DNA from: an uncultured delta proteobacterium
GTDB taxonomy: Bacteria > Desulfobacterota > Desulfobacteria > Desulfobacterales > JAHEIW01
Length of the DNA: 64,000 nt
Assembly: GCA_963706575.1 (NCBI GenBank)
Contig: CAVPNL010000008.1
Location: forward strand, 192,001-256,000
Direction: 5' to 3'
Each line of letters opens with the position of its first letter. The stretch's first letter is position 1. Under the pieces are notes generated by a model. It did not search any database and was not told the origin of the DNA. It worked only from the letters and a program-made list of their open reading frames with translations. Of the stretch, positions 43,170 through 53,371 are shown piece by piece. A program made the translations under genes and the position numbers.

Positions 43170-43517
43170 ATGATGAAGAAGAGCCATTTGGTGATCTCAA
43201 TAATGCTTGCTCTCGCTATTGCCGTAGGGGGTTGCGCCACAAAAGGTGACCTCGAGGAGGTGCAGGCCCGGGAAAAGGCGATTGGCGCTAAAGCTGATCA
43301 GGCGGCCCAGGATGCCGAGGCTGCCAAGGCATCAGCCGATGAGGCTGTGAGGAAAGCAAATGAAGCAATGGACCGCGCCGAGGAAGCTGAAAGGAGGGCA
43401 GAGGAAAGAGAGAGAATCGCAGCTGAAAAGGAGAGAATCGCAGAGGAAAAGGCGAGAATCGCAGAGGAAAAAGCAAAACAAGCTGAAGCTGCTTTTCAGA
43501 AATCAATGAAGAAGTAA
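43170..43517 (+). CDS. Lpp/OprI-like alanine-zipper lipoprotein
   Basis: Lipobox VGGC, Ala-rich coiled coil, C-terminal KSMKK; AGGAGG RBS. Confidence 0.8.
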   Translation: MMKKSHLVISIMLALAIAVGGCATKGDLEEVQAREKAIGAKADQAAQDAEAAKASADEAVRKANEAMDRAEEAERRAEERERIAAEKERIAEEKARIAEEKAKQAEAAFQKSMKK

Positions 43518-43635
43518 ATCAAAAGGAAGTGGCAGGGTTTGAGCCCCCCACTTCCTTCTATTTTCACCCTTTAGCATGATACGTATTGCAGATATATATG
43601 GAAGAGGTCCAGTTTGCGATTATCAGGCACATTGT

Positions 43636-43781
43636 TAGAATCCATCTCAAAATTAGGATTTTGGTTCAAGATCGCGGCGGGGTCTAGTTTAAAACCGGAG
43701 GCATACTGTTGTATGTTGAGGATTTTAAACGAGGCGCCAACAAAGATATTGGGCCAAAAGACATTTTTGAGATGGGTTCTA
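43636..43781. repeat. ~146 bp palindromic MITE/REP-like element
   Basis: Terminal inverted repeats tagaatccatctcaaaa / ttttgagatgggttcta, TA at both ends; internal motif shared with 5672-5814. Confidence 0.75.
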
Positions 43782-43799
43782 ACAAGCACAAACACTTAT

Positions 43800-44758
43800 A
43801 CGGGTTTAAGGCAGAGAAGGGAAGGCGTTTATCTTCGCCTTTTCTTCGTCTGCATCATCATAACACCATTTTTTATATTCGGATGCGGTGGGGGACACCA
43901 GGCCAGATCTCTCACCAAGGAAGCAAATGATTTTTTCAACCAGGGAAAATACCAGGCTTCTCTAAGCAAATACGAGCAAATTATTGAGAAAAGTCCAGCA
44001 GTAGCGGACAGAGTTCTCTTTGAGATGGGTATTATTTATGCCCATCCCAGGAACGAACAAAAAGACTATCAAAAGTCTCTCAATTGTTTTCAGAAAATCG
44101 TTAGGGATTACCCGGATAGTAAATTCAGACAGGATAGCCAGATGATGATACTTCAAATCCATAATGTCATCATCAAGAATAAAAAAATTGCTACGCAGCA
44201 AACACAGATTGAGACTTCCCGGCAGGAGGTTAAAGCCAAAGAGAACGAGATTATCACACTGCAAGAGATGATTGAAACGCTCGAATATAAAGATTGAATC
44301 GCTTGAACATAGAGATTTTTGCACTCCGGACGGAACCGGCAGATAAAGTTCTGATAGAAAAGAAAGAGCGACGATTGACGTTGCTCTCAAAGGGCGAGGT
44401 GATCAAAGCGTACAAAATAGCCCTGGGGGGCGACCCGATTGGCCCGAAAGAAAGGCAGGGCGATAACAAAACCCCGGAGGGAACCTACATAATCGATTCA
44501 AGAAACAACAACAGCGAATATCACCTGTCTCTTCATATTTCCTATCCTAACGAGAAAGACAAAATGCGAGCAAAAGAACTTGGTGTTTCTCCGGGCGGAA
44601 ACATAATGATCCATGGCATCAAAAATGGTCTCGCGTGGGTGGGTGCATCTCATGCAAAGTTTGACTGGACAAAAGGGTGTATTGCGGTTACAGACGAAGA
44701 GATGCAGGAAATCTACAGGCTGGTGCCAAATGGTACGATTGTTGAGATAAGGCCCTAG
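43800..44758 (+). CDS. TPR lipoprotein fused to an L,D-transpeptidase (YkuD) domain, split by a frameshift near 44290; start uncertain
   Basis: Lipobox IFGC, TPR and coiled coil in ORF 43614-44297; GDNKTPEG, IMIHG, WTKGCIAV in overlapping ORF 44294-44758. Confidence 0.7.
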
Positions 44759-44802
44759 AAAAATCGCACAACTTATCGTTAGACCAAATCGCTCTGATAA
44801 AA

Positions 44803-44837
44803 AAAAACGGATTCAGCCGTTTGCTGAATCCGTTTTT
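44803..44837 (-). terminator. Intrinsic terminator following att copy 5
   Basis: aaaaacggattcagc-cgttt-gctgaatccgttttt. Confidence 0.8.
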
Positions 44838-44850
44838 CATTATTTGCAAA

Positions 44851-44982
44851 TGGTGCCGAAGGCCGGAATTGAAAAATTAATAATGATATCAAATAGTTAA
44901 TAAAATCAATAGCTAGTTTAAGCGACATTAAGCTAGTTTTTGTACAGTCCTGGCTGCATATTCGCATATGAAATGCATATCA
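44851..44982 (-). repeat. att copy 5: tRNA-Leu 3' end plus conserved arm
   Basis: tggtgccgaaggccggaattgaa (22/23 to tRNA); tatcaaatagtta 44887-44899; agctagttt x2; gcatat x3. Confidence 0.92.
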
Positions 44983-45004
44983 TTTCCGACTCTTTCGTAT
45001 CGAG

Positions 45005-45313
45005 TTAAACAATCGCTTTTGCGATACCTTCTTTGTTAGCTCCCATGGCCAGCAAAGATTTGACAAGCAGATCCACAGATACGCTCGGATCTCCCTTCTC
45101 CATCTTGGCGACCCTTGATTGACTGGATTTCAGCATTTTGGCTAACTGTGCTTGCGTCAAATTGCTTTTTTTGCGGCGTTTTGCCAAAGCTTCGCTGAGC
45201 GCCAGTTTTAGCTCTATGTATTCCGATTCTTCAGTACTCAGTCCAAGAAACTCTTCAACAGTTCCGACTTTATAGCCTTTAGATTCTAAAACTTTCTTTT
45301 TTTTCGTATCCAT
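45005..45313 (-). CDS. XRE-family HTH protein (HigA-like antitoxin)
   Basis: LTQAQLAKMLKSSQSRVAKMEKG helix-turn-helix. Confidence 0.85.
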   Translation of the reverse strand: MDTKKKKVLESKGYKVGTVEEFLGLSTEESEYIELKLALSEALAKRRKKSNLTQAQLAKMLKSSQSRVAKMEKGDPSVSVDLLVKSLLAMGANKEGIAKAIV

Positions 45314-45314
45314 T

Positions 45315-45737
45315 TTATTTTTTCCCTTCTAGGGTACTCTTGCTGGGCGTTATCGCATTTTGAGCAGCATGAACCAGGAAAGAAGATCGAGACATACCTC
45401 GTTTTCTTGCAATTGTATCGATTTTACGAAGCATATCTTCCGGGACAGTGATATTCACGCGAATGGATCGAGGTTTTGCGTCGGATACAGAAACAATGAG
45501 GATCGCGGCGGCATCAGCATAATCCGGATCGTCCATGATATCTTCAAGCTTTGAGGGAGTCGGTATATTTTCACCGTCTTCCATCATCCCCTTGATGTGT
45601 AGAGAAAGAGCATCATGAGCCATATCCTTGGCTTCATCAATGGAGCTGCCGGCGGTAATACATCCCGGAAAGTCAGGAAAAGATACACCGAAATCACTTT
45701 TGGGATCTTTATGGACCACGGCAATATAATTAGCCAT
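45315..45737 (-). CDS. hicB: HicB antitoxin
   Basis: FGVSFPDFPGCITAG N-domain, C-terminal RHH (RVNITVP...SRSSFL). Confidence 0.92.
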   Translation of the reverse strand: MANYIAVVHKDPKSDFGVSFPDFPGCITAGSSIDEAKDMAHDALSLHIKGMMEDGENIPTPSKLEDIMDDPDYADAAAILIVSVSDAKPRSIRVNITVPEDMLRKIDTIARKRGMSRSSFLVHAAQNAITPSKSTLEGKK

Positions 45738-45746
45738 TTTGCCCTC

Positions 45747-45935
45747 CTATTTGAACTGAATACCTGATTGGCGTTCAATACTTTTCAAAGTGCCAACAGG
45801 TATGTCTTTGTTAGGATGCGGAACTGTAACCCGTCCCTTTTTTGATGGATGTTTAAACTGAATGTGTGAACCGGATTGATCGACCTTATACCAGCCATCC
45901 TTTTGCAGAATTTTGATGATCACCCGGCTATCCAT
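45747..45935 (-). CDS. hicA: HicA toxin
   Basis: GWY...GSHIQFKHP...VTVPHP.KDIPVGTLKSI. Confidence 0.92.
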   Translation of the reverse strand: MDSRVIIKILQKDGWYKVDQSGSHIQFKHPSKKGRVTVPHPNKDIPVGTLKSIERQSGIQFK

Positions 45936-46091
45936 GTGTGTATTTATACACACTAAATAGATTTGTGTCAAATATTATTTAATTCTAAGATAACAACGGC
46001 ATGAAAATGGGCGGGCAAGCTCCGTGACGTGTCGACCAATAAAAAGTGGGCCACAAATAATTTGCAACCCACTTAAAATATTATAAAAAAA

Positions 46092-46220
46092 TGGTGCCGA
46101 AGGCCGGAATTGTAAAATTTATAATTATATCAAATAGTTAATAAAATCAAAGCTAGTTTAAGCGACATTAAGCTAGTTTTTGTACTGTCCTGGCTGCCTA
46201 TTCGCATATCAATTGCATAT
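46092..46220 (-). repeat. att copy 6: tRNA-Leu 3' end plus conserved arm
   Basis: tggtgccgaaggccgga; tatcaaatagtta 46128-46140; agctagtttaagcgacattaagctagtttttgtac. Confidence 0.92.
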
Positions 46221-46964
46221 TTTTATGCTGATAAAAACTTTAATTTTAATTGATCCAACCAGTTTTTCCTAATTTTCTATAATTACATCATAGCACCATT
46301 TCTAATATAACTTCGGTTTTGAATTAAAGCGCATTTTTCCGAGTATTCCCCTTCATTATAAAGGTTTCATAATCAATTTATTGAAAATAAGCACATTGAT
46401 CTTTGATTTAGGTAGGCATTTAGCTAATGAAATCTATTTCATTAATTAGATATATATTATAAAAAATAATTTTGTCTCATTATAACGTTCTGTTTTTTAT
46501 ATAAGTTTCTTATTTTTTTCTTGACACTTGAAATCGCATTTCTATATAGAAGTATTGATAAATAGAAAATCGCCGAATTTGAACCATCCCCCCATTTTCT
46601 GACACTTAGGAGGTAAGAATGCTTTAACGCATCTAAAACTCCATTCATAGTTAGGGAATGGGGTTTTTTGTTTTTGAATGATTTTTTAATTATATTCAGA
46701 GATCTCATTCCTAATTCTTTTCTTTCTATCGCGCTAGATTCGCATTGTAGTATTTGTATCAAACCATTTGATTAGTTTATTCCGAATTTTTGCCGCTATC
46801 TGAGAGCTAGATTCTGATTTTCTCAAATATAAAGATCAAGATTTGTTCTTAATATACATAATCGGAAAGCCATAGCGTTTCTTGTTAAGGATTTTATAAA
46901 ATTTAAATTTTGCAGAGATAACGGAAATTCCATACTCATCCCAGACAGTATTTCCACAAACAAA

Positions 46965-47025
46965 GCATAACCTCTGCATGCACAAGACGCTTGTTTTCTC
47001 GCCTCTGTGATGTAGGGCGATAGGC
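46965..47025 (+). other. Degenerate integron attC-like site
   Basis: GCATAAC ... GATAGGC ends; ctctgcatGcac pairs imperfectly with gtgatgtaggg leaving an unpaired G; 22 bp upstream of the next start codon. Confidence 0.5.
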
Positions 47026-47047
47026 ATTATGAATCGGAGGGGACGTC

Positions 47048-50000
47048 ATGAAAGTTTTTAAAATTACAGGCAAGGTTGTCAGCAGTGATACAAAGGAAGG
47101 TATCAAGGGCTTTAGGGTAGAAGCCTGGGACAAAGATTTACTTGTGAATGACATGGTCGGCAGTGCCATTTCGGGTGACGGTGGGGTCTTTAGAATCCAA
47201 TTTGATAAGTCCTATTTTGAAGAGCTTTTCCTTGACCGCAGGCCCGATCTATTTTTCAAGGTGTTCAAAGGGTCCAGGCTTATCAAGAGTACTGAAGATT
47301 CAGTGATCTGGAATGTGGAGAGGGCGGACATTGAACAGGCTATTGAAGTAGAGGAGGTAAGCGACATGGCTACATCAACCAACAAAGCCGTCTTTGTTAG
47401 GCAGCGAGGAAGTGAAGTATTCAAATTTGTTACCTTGCGACCCTTCCAAAGACAGGATGAAACCACAGTCGAGAAAAGAAAGGTTTTGTGTTACAAACCG
47501 ATTGATGAAGAAAAATCGGAGTTTCATCAGGCGCTATTACATGCCAAAGAACACCTGCCTGAAGGGTCTGGCCCAAGGGAAGCCATGGTGGCTAAGGCCA
47601 AGGAATTTATCGAAACCGATGGGTCCACTTTTGTCCGAAACATTCATGACTTATCGAATCCACAAGCGCCCCGCTCCTCTCAATATACTGGTTATAAATC
47701 GTCTCTGGGCCTATTGGAAGAGTGGATCTTTAGGGGAAAAAATCCGATTTTACACGAAGACCTGCTGTCGGAAATTAAGAACGTATATAAAAAAGATAAC
47801 ATTAATGACATTGTGCAAAGCCCTGAGTTTCAGACAGACATATACAGGCTTCAAGACAGCATCATGGCTCTAGCCATCGTTCCATCCTATGTTCATAGTC
47901 AGCGGGATCGTCTGGTCAATGCCTTACGTATATGCAGAATCATCGAGAGGATGATCGAAAGTGACCCAGGACTGATGCAATCCTACGGTATTGACAAGGC
48001 TATGAAAGCCCCTGTGGTTTTACCCACGGATGTTTTTCCATTGCCACCTGCCAAATTATTAGAAGTCGAAGCCCCTACCGATCAAAATGGGGAACAGGAA
48101 GAAGAATTCGGACAACTGAGTGAAAAACGCATCGCTCTGAGGACAGCCATTGAGGAATTGGCTCATCTGAGACCTAACGATTACCTTCCGCCGTCACCAG
48201 CTACTGAGGAACCTCTTATCTCAAAATTAAAAAAGGAAGATATCAAAAAATTGAGCAACTCCACCAAGGCAGTCCTCAAAGAGCTCAGCATTGACCTGAC
48301 AAAAGAGACCATTCCTGAGGTGCTGGGTATACTCGAGGTAGAAATTGGTACGGCAGAAGAGGCAAAAGCATCTGAGCTTCAGTTGGTCGTGGAAGAATTC
48401 TTAGAACTTTCCTCTCCGCCTTTTCCGCCACTGGCTGAAAAGGAAATTGCAGCTGCTGTAGAGGAGTGGAAACCCTGGATGCTTAAGCAAGAAGCGATTG
48501 ACCAGCTTTGTGATACAACCAAGCAGGTCATACAGGGGCTTGGCTTTGACCTCAGCAGGGATCCGGTTCCCGTTGTGATGAATGCCCTTGAGAAAGAGCT
48601 TGTCAGTGTAGGGGCACAACTATACATACCGCCCAGGCGGAAAAGAATGATCCGCCACGGCACAAGTAGGTTGGAGTTCTTGCCGGGGCTCGAAGTTTTC
48701 TCCGCGGTCGCCAGAGGAACTTGAGCCGATTCGAGTGCCTCAGACTAAGGGTCTTGTTGTGCCTATAGGATTTGGTGAATATAACAGCGTTCGGCAGACC
48801 CTTTTGATGTATGAACCGGGCGAGATCGCTCATATTGAAAACGTTCTCAGGGGAGAACACAAGGAGCGGGTCCACCGGCGTCTTCGCCGTCTTGAAGAGG
48901 AGGTGACCTACGAGGAGGAGCGCAAGGCTGTTACAGAAAAAGACCTGCAGAGTACAGACAGATTCGAGCTTAAGCGGGAAGCATCCGAGACCATCAAGGA
49001 AGAGCACAAGGCAGAGGCAGGCGTTACCGTTAAATATGATGGCCCTTCTGTCGATGTCGAGGCAAAAGCAGGCTATACTTACACCCATGCTAAAGAACAG
49101 GCTAAGAAAACCTCGGTCTGCTATGCAAAGAATGTCACCGAACGCTCCCTGAGCCGACTGGAAGAGAAGGTCCGCGAGGTCAGGGTAGAAAAAACCATCG
49201 AGGAGTTTGAGGAGACCAATACTCATGGCATAGACAACAAAGACAAGCCCGACCATGCCGTTGGTATCTATCGCTGGGTGGACAAAATCTATGAGGCACA
49301 GGTCATCAACTACGGCCAGCGTCTGTTTTCGATTTCGTCGTTCCCGAGCCTGCCGCATTTTATCTCTACTCACTGACCCATGGTGCGACAACAGACCTGG
49401 AAGAACCTGTACCGCCGATGGTCGATGAAAATGGTGAACCATGTGAGGAGGATAATCCCAATGCGAGGTCATTAAGGCCTGATGATATTTTGCCAGATAA
49501 TTACATGATATGGATTGCGCAGTATGAGGTATCAGGTGCTAAGCCGCCGCCAACATTTGAAATAGTGAAAGGTCATTCTTTTTCAAAAGCACCGGAAAAG
49601 ACTGGCGAGGATGATAAGGAAGAAAAAGAAAAGTACCTGTTAAGCAATGAAACAATTCCAATTCCAAAAGGCTATCGACCATACTTTATTTCTGTCGATT
49701 TGTCGCATCCACGGTTTTTGGATACTTATTTAAGTATAGCGGGTGACAATAGCAAACCTAGTATTGACCATAACGAACCCAATATCCCTGTTCTGTATGA
49801 AGACAAAAACTACCATGGTAGAAGATTCCCGCTTCGAGAGTTAAGCATATTTCATCTGGGCGATTATCATTTTGATAATAAGAGTTTCTTCCATTAAAGT
49901 CCCTCCAGGCTGGGCGGTATTTGCAACCCAGCATCACAACTTTGGAGGAAGCCGATGGTACATCACAAGGAATGTTAATCATAATGAATTAAAGGCATTG

Positions 50001-51106
50001 AAGTTACACGACAATATCACTGGTGTGGAAGTTTATCCTCCAGCGGATTTTTATAAAAAGTACACAGGCCTCGGCCACTTAAACTATACAGGAGAGGATG
50101 GAGATCAAACTGGAATTCCAATTTCAGTTGCAATCAAAAGGTCTGACGGCTCTGTGATGAATGTGAATCTATGCTGTCGCAGGACTGATATGCATATGAA
50201 TGAATGGCAGCTCGAGACCTACGACGCCATCATGCAGGCCTATCAGAACAAAAAGGCTGTATACGAGGAAAAGTTGGCGATGGCGGCGATTCAAGAGGTA
50301 TCAGCATGTCAGCCGGAGTCCGGAGCAGAGCGCGAGATTGAAGAGATAGAACTAAAACGGTGGGCTCTTTCCATGATCACAGGGCAATACTTTGAAATCT
50401 TCAATGCCATGCAGACCGACCGCCAGGGGTATCCGGGCATCAACTTTGCCGAGGCAGAAGCGGAAGGCTCCTATATCCAGTTCTTCGAGCAGGTTTCGCA
50501 GGGCCCCTTATGACCTACCTCTTCTATCCCTATTTCTGGGGGAAGAGAAAGGCAACCTGGGAGGGGGTCACCTGGATCGACAAAATAACAGGCATCCAGG
50601 ATGTGGATCCGCTATTTGAAAAGTTCCTTAAGGCAGGCGCCGTCCGAGTCACAGTACCGGTGCGTCCTGGTTTTGAGGAAGCGATTCAGAATTACGTTTC
50701 TACAGGACAAATCTGGAACGGCGATGAGAAGCCCACGCTTGATGACCCCTTGTATGTCTCCATTGTGGAAGAGATTCAGCAACAGCAGGGCGCATACGTT
50801 GAAAAGTCCGAGGGAACGATATCTGTGGAGCTTGGCAATGCACAAGTTGTCGGCGCAGGAACAAATTTTGAAGAAAACGATGTTGACCGCGAGATCTACA
50901 TCGAAGGCAAGCGCTATGTCATCGCTGAGATTCAGGACGCAGCGCATCTCAACCTGACTGAACCCTACCGTGGTGAGACCAAACAGTATGCGCGTTATTA
51001 CATCGGTGCAAGACTGGTCGGTGGACCATGGGAAGTCAGGGTTCCCACCTCATTGGTATATCTACAGGAGGACGCCACCCTTCCCGACTTTAATGAAGAA
51101 GGGTAA
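47048..51106 (+). CDS. Large uncharacterised protein (~1350 aa if joined) broken into five consecutive ORFs
   Basis: ORFs 47048-48724, 48735-49376, 49418-49897, 49872-50513, 50510-51106 alternate between two frames; N-terminal beta-sandwich-like VEAWDKD domain. Confidence 0.6.
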
Positions 51107-51111
51107 ATGTT

Positions 51112-52437
51112 ATGGGTTCCGTTCGCTTTGTAGATATACTATATGAAGCAAAAGATGGACTTCCGCAGCTTTTCGAGCTTGATCCCTCGATCTATGGGCG
51201 CACGCCATCAAATCTCCTTGATGAGGCTATCCGATTCTATAATTATCCTGCAGCAGGGCTCTATGCAACTGCAACTGCCTGGCAGGTTTTTCGTAATGAC
51301 CATGTCAACAAAGCCATCCTATTACTCCACGATGTCTTGAAGGAAGGTATCGTCACAATGGTTGGCAATCTTTATAAGGACATACTAGGGCATCTGGATA
51401 AGAAAAAGTGCGGAAATGTGGGTGGGTATCATAGTGAGCTTGGCTCCATGTGTGCCGAGCTCTTGGTCTCGCCTAAATGTCGAAGTCAGGAAAAGTTAAA
51501 GATGCTCGAAAGAAGCCCGAACTTAGTGCATTTCAGGGAGTTTGAGAGACTAATGGAAAGCCTTGGGCTCTTAAGAACATGGGGGGAAAGAATAGAGAAC
51601 ATTTATCAAGAGCGTTATTCAAACCTAATTGGAGGATCTGAATCTGAAATAAGACAGGCATTGTTTGAGCCCGCATGGGGTGGTTCATGGATTGTAAAGC
51701 CCAATGAATATCTTTGGAAAACCCGAGACAGGATTTGGAATCCAGAAAACCCTATTTGGCCGTATGCTCCGGGTAATGTTGGTCCAACTGAAAAATTGTA
51801 TTTTTCCCTATTGTCGGGTGTTTTTAAACGACAGCATAATATTCCTTTTTCACAGTCAAGAAATCATTTCGGCCAAACAAAGGACCCTTTTTTGCAGAGA
51901 GTGTATCAGCAATCCAAAACAATTAAGCAAATTATGCCGTCCTATGAGCCGAAAAACAAAAGAATAATTGTATGGAATCTTGGAAGAGAAATCTTGAGCA
52001 CCTCGCTTATATCTTTGAAAAAGCAATATCTGAAGTCAAACACGAGCCTGGGTAGAAGAAAAGAAGAAGAATGGACTTCTTGGATAAAAAGAAATGGTTG
52101 CGGTGTTAGGGTGGGTCTTCCTGCGGCATTGGGTTTGATTGGTATTCTCTATGCCTATATCACCGATCTTCAGGCACGAACCCTGATGGCAGCCCTCTCC
52201 AGTGCAATTATTGATATCTATGAGAAAATCAATGGTTACACCGCAGTGGGTTTGTGTGAGGCTTTGAGCAGGAAAGGTGCCATCGCAACTGTTGGAGACC
52301 AAACGGTGCTTGAGAAAGAGCTAGTCGGCATTCTGAGGCAGTGGCGAACCTTTCCCGCCGCAGAGGTTCAAGAGCTGAACCCTTGGGGAGATGCAAAGGT
52401 AGATAAATCGGTTAGAGAATGCTTAAGCAGCTTCTAA
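51112..52437 (+). CDS. Hypothetical protein
   Basis: 441 aa ORF starting 5 bp after the preceding stop; no motif recognised. Confidence 0.6.
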   Translation: MGSVRFVDILYEAKDGLPQLFELDPSIYGRTPSNLLDEAIRFYNYPAAGLYATATAWQVFRNDHVNKAILLLHDVLKEGIVTMVGNLYKDILGHLDKKKCGNVGGYHSELGSMCAELLVSPKCRSQEKLKMLERSPNLVHFREFERLMESLGLLRTWGERIENIYQERYSNLIGGSESEIRQALFEPAWGGSWIVKPNEYLWKTRDRIWNPENPIWPYAPGNVGPTEKLYFSLLSGVFKRQHNIPFSQSRNHFGQTKDPFLQRVYQQSKTIKQIMPSYEPKNKRIIVWNLGREILSTSLISLKKQYLKSNTSLGRRKEEEWTSWIKRNGCGVRVGLPAALGLIGILYAYITDLQARTLMAALSSAIIDIYEKINGYTAVGLCEALSRKGAIATVGDQTVLEKELVGILRQWRTFPAAEVQELNPWGDAKVDKSVRECLSSF

Positions 52438-53370
52438 AAAGGCCTCTAATATCTGAGGATAGATGGGAAAAAACTCGATCTTTTAGAAAACAAAAGAGAG
52501 AAATCAGAGAATGTGTGAGTTTTGAGGATTTCCACCGAAACTATATCCCAAGATTTCCGATTATAACAAAAGGATTTTTCGATAATGTTCCTTTACCGAA
52601 AGAGCAGATTCATGGAGAAGATTTTGAGATTGACAAGTGGTATGCTGACGAGAAATTGTATGGAGCAACATTTGAATCCCAGGTTCATGTATTTATCGCG
52701 TTTCAATTTTTAGAAAGATCGAAAAAAATCTTAAAATGGAATTGGGAAAGCAAAAAGTACCGGTTTAAAGAAGACAAAAAGGTGCTAAAGAAAAAAAGAC
52801 ACCCATGTTTCTTTATTACGGCAGGGTTTTTTGTCTTTGGCGGAAGAAAGCGCCCGCATCTTACCCATCGTCATGGAATGACAGATTCAATAACTATTGC
52901 TGTTCTAGAAGCTGCCTATGAAGCAGAAAAGGTGGCATCTGACCATTATGTTGGTTATTCCCGAAAAGCTGTTGAAGAAAGATATCCGAATATTGCCTAT
53001 CTTTTTAGCGCATATGCGGTTTCTGAAAAAATTCATGCAAAGAACTACAAAAGGATACTTGCCTCATTGAACGCAGGGTTTGAAGAGCCTGAATTTAATA
53101 TTTTTATATTAGACACTAAAGCAAATTTAATGAGTGCTTCAGAGGGTGAACTGAAAAGATGAAGGAAACCTATCCAGATTTCCTTGCGAAACTAAAAAAT
53201 GAATCGCATGACGAAGCTATTATCAATTGTATGTATTCTTAGAAATTCGATCGGCAACATAAACGGAAAATCAACGAAGTTCGGAATTATTCAAAATGGT
53301 TTTTTGGTTCAGTGGCAAAAAAAATTGAGGGAATGAAATTTGACTTTCATGTATGTGAGATTTGTGGATC
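52419..53370 (+). pseudogene. Hypothetical N-terminus joined to a decayed rubrerythrin/ferritin-like gene
   Basis: LEAAYEAE...Y..KAVEE.YPNIAYLF.A...SEKIHA diiron motifs; continues through stops/frameshifts to HVCEICGS and is cut off at ~53370. Confidence 0.6.
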
Positions 53371-53371
53371 T

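Noticed and set aside
43614..43800. N-terminal extension of ORF 43614-44297
   Set aside because: It is read through the palindromic repeat element; the lipoprotein signal begins after it.
29900..46108. Additional tRNA genes at the repeat copies
   Set aside because: Only 17-23 nt of acceptor/T-arm sequence are present; no D or anticodon arm.
29900..46220. Repeats as a CRISPR array
   Set aside because: Spacing is kilobases with whole genes between copies, the repeat begins with a tRNA 3' end, and there are no cas genes.
46221..46960. AT-rich stretch with short ORFs
   Set aside because: Probably decayed foreign coding sequence, but no product can be assigned.
21188..51106. Programmed frameshifting or true pseudogenes in the symporter-kinase, RND permease, TPR-YkuD and giant genes
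   Set aside because: The breaks examined are small indels, several in homopolymer runs, scattered over unrelated and otherwise intact genes; sequencing or assembly error is more likely, though reads are needed to decide.
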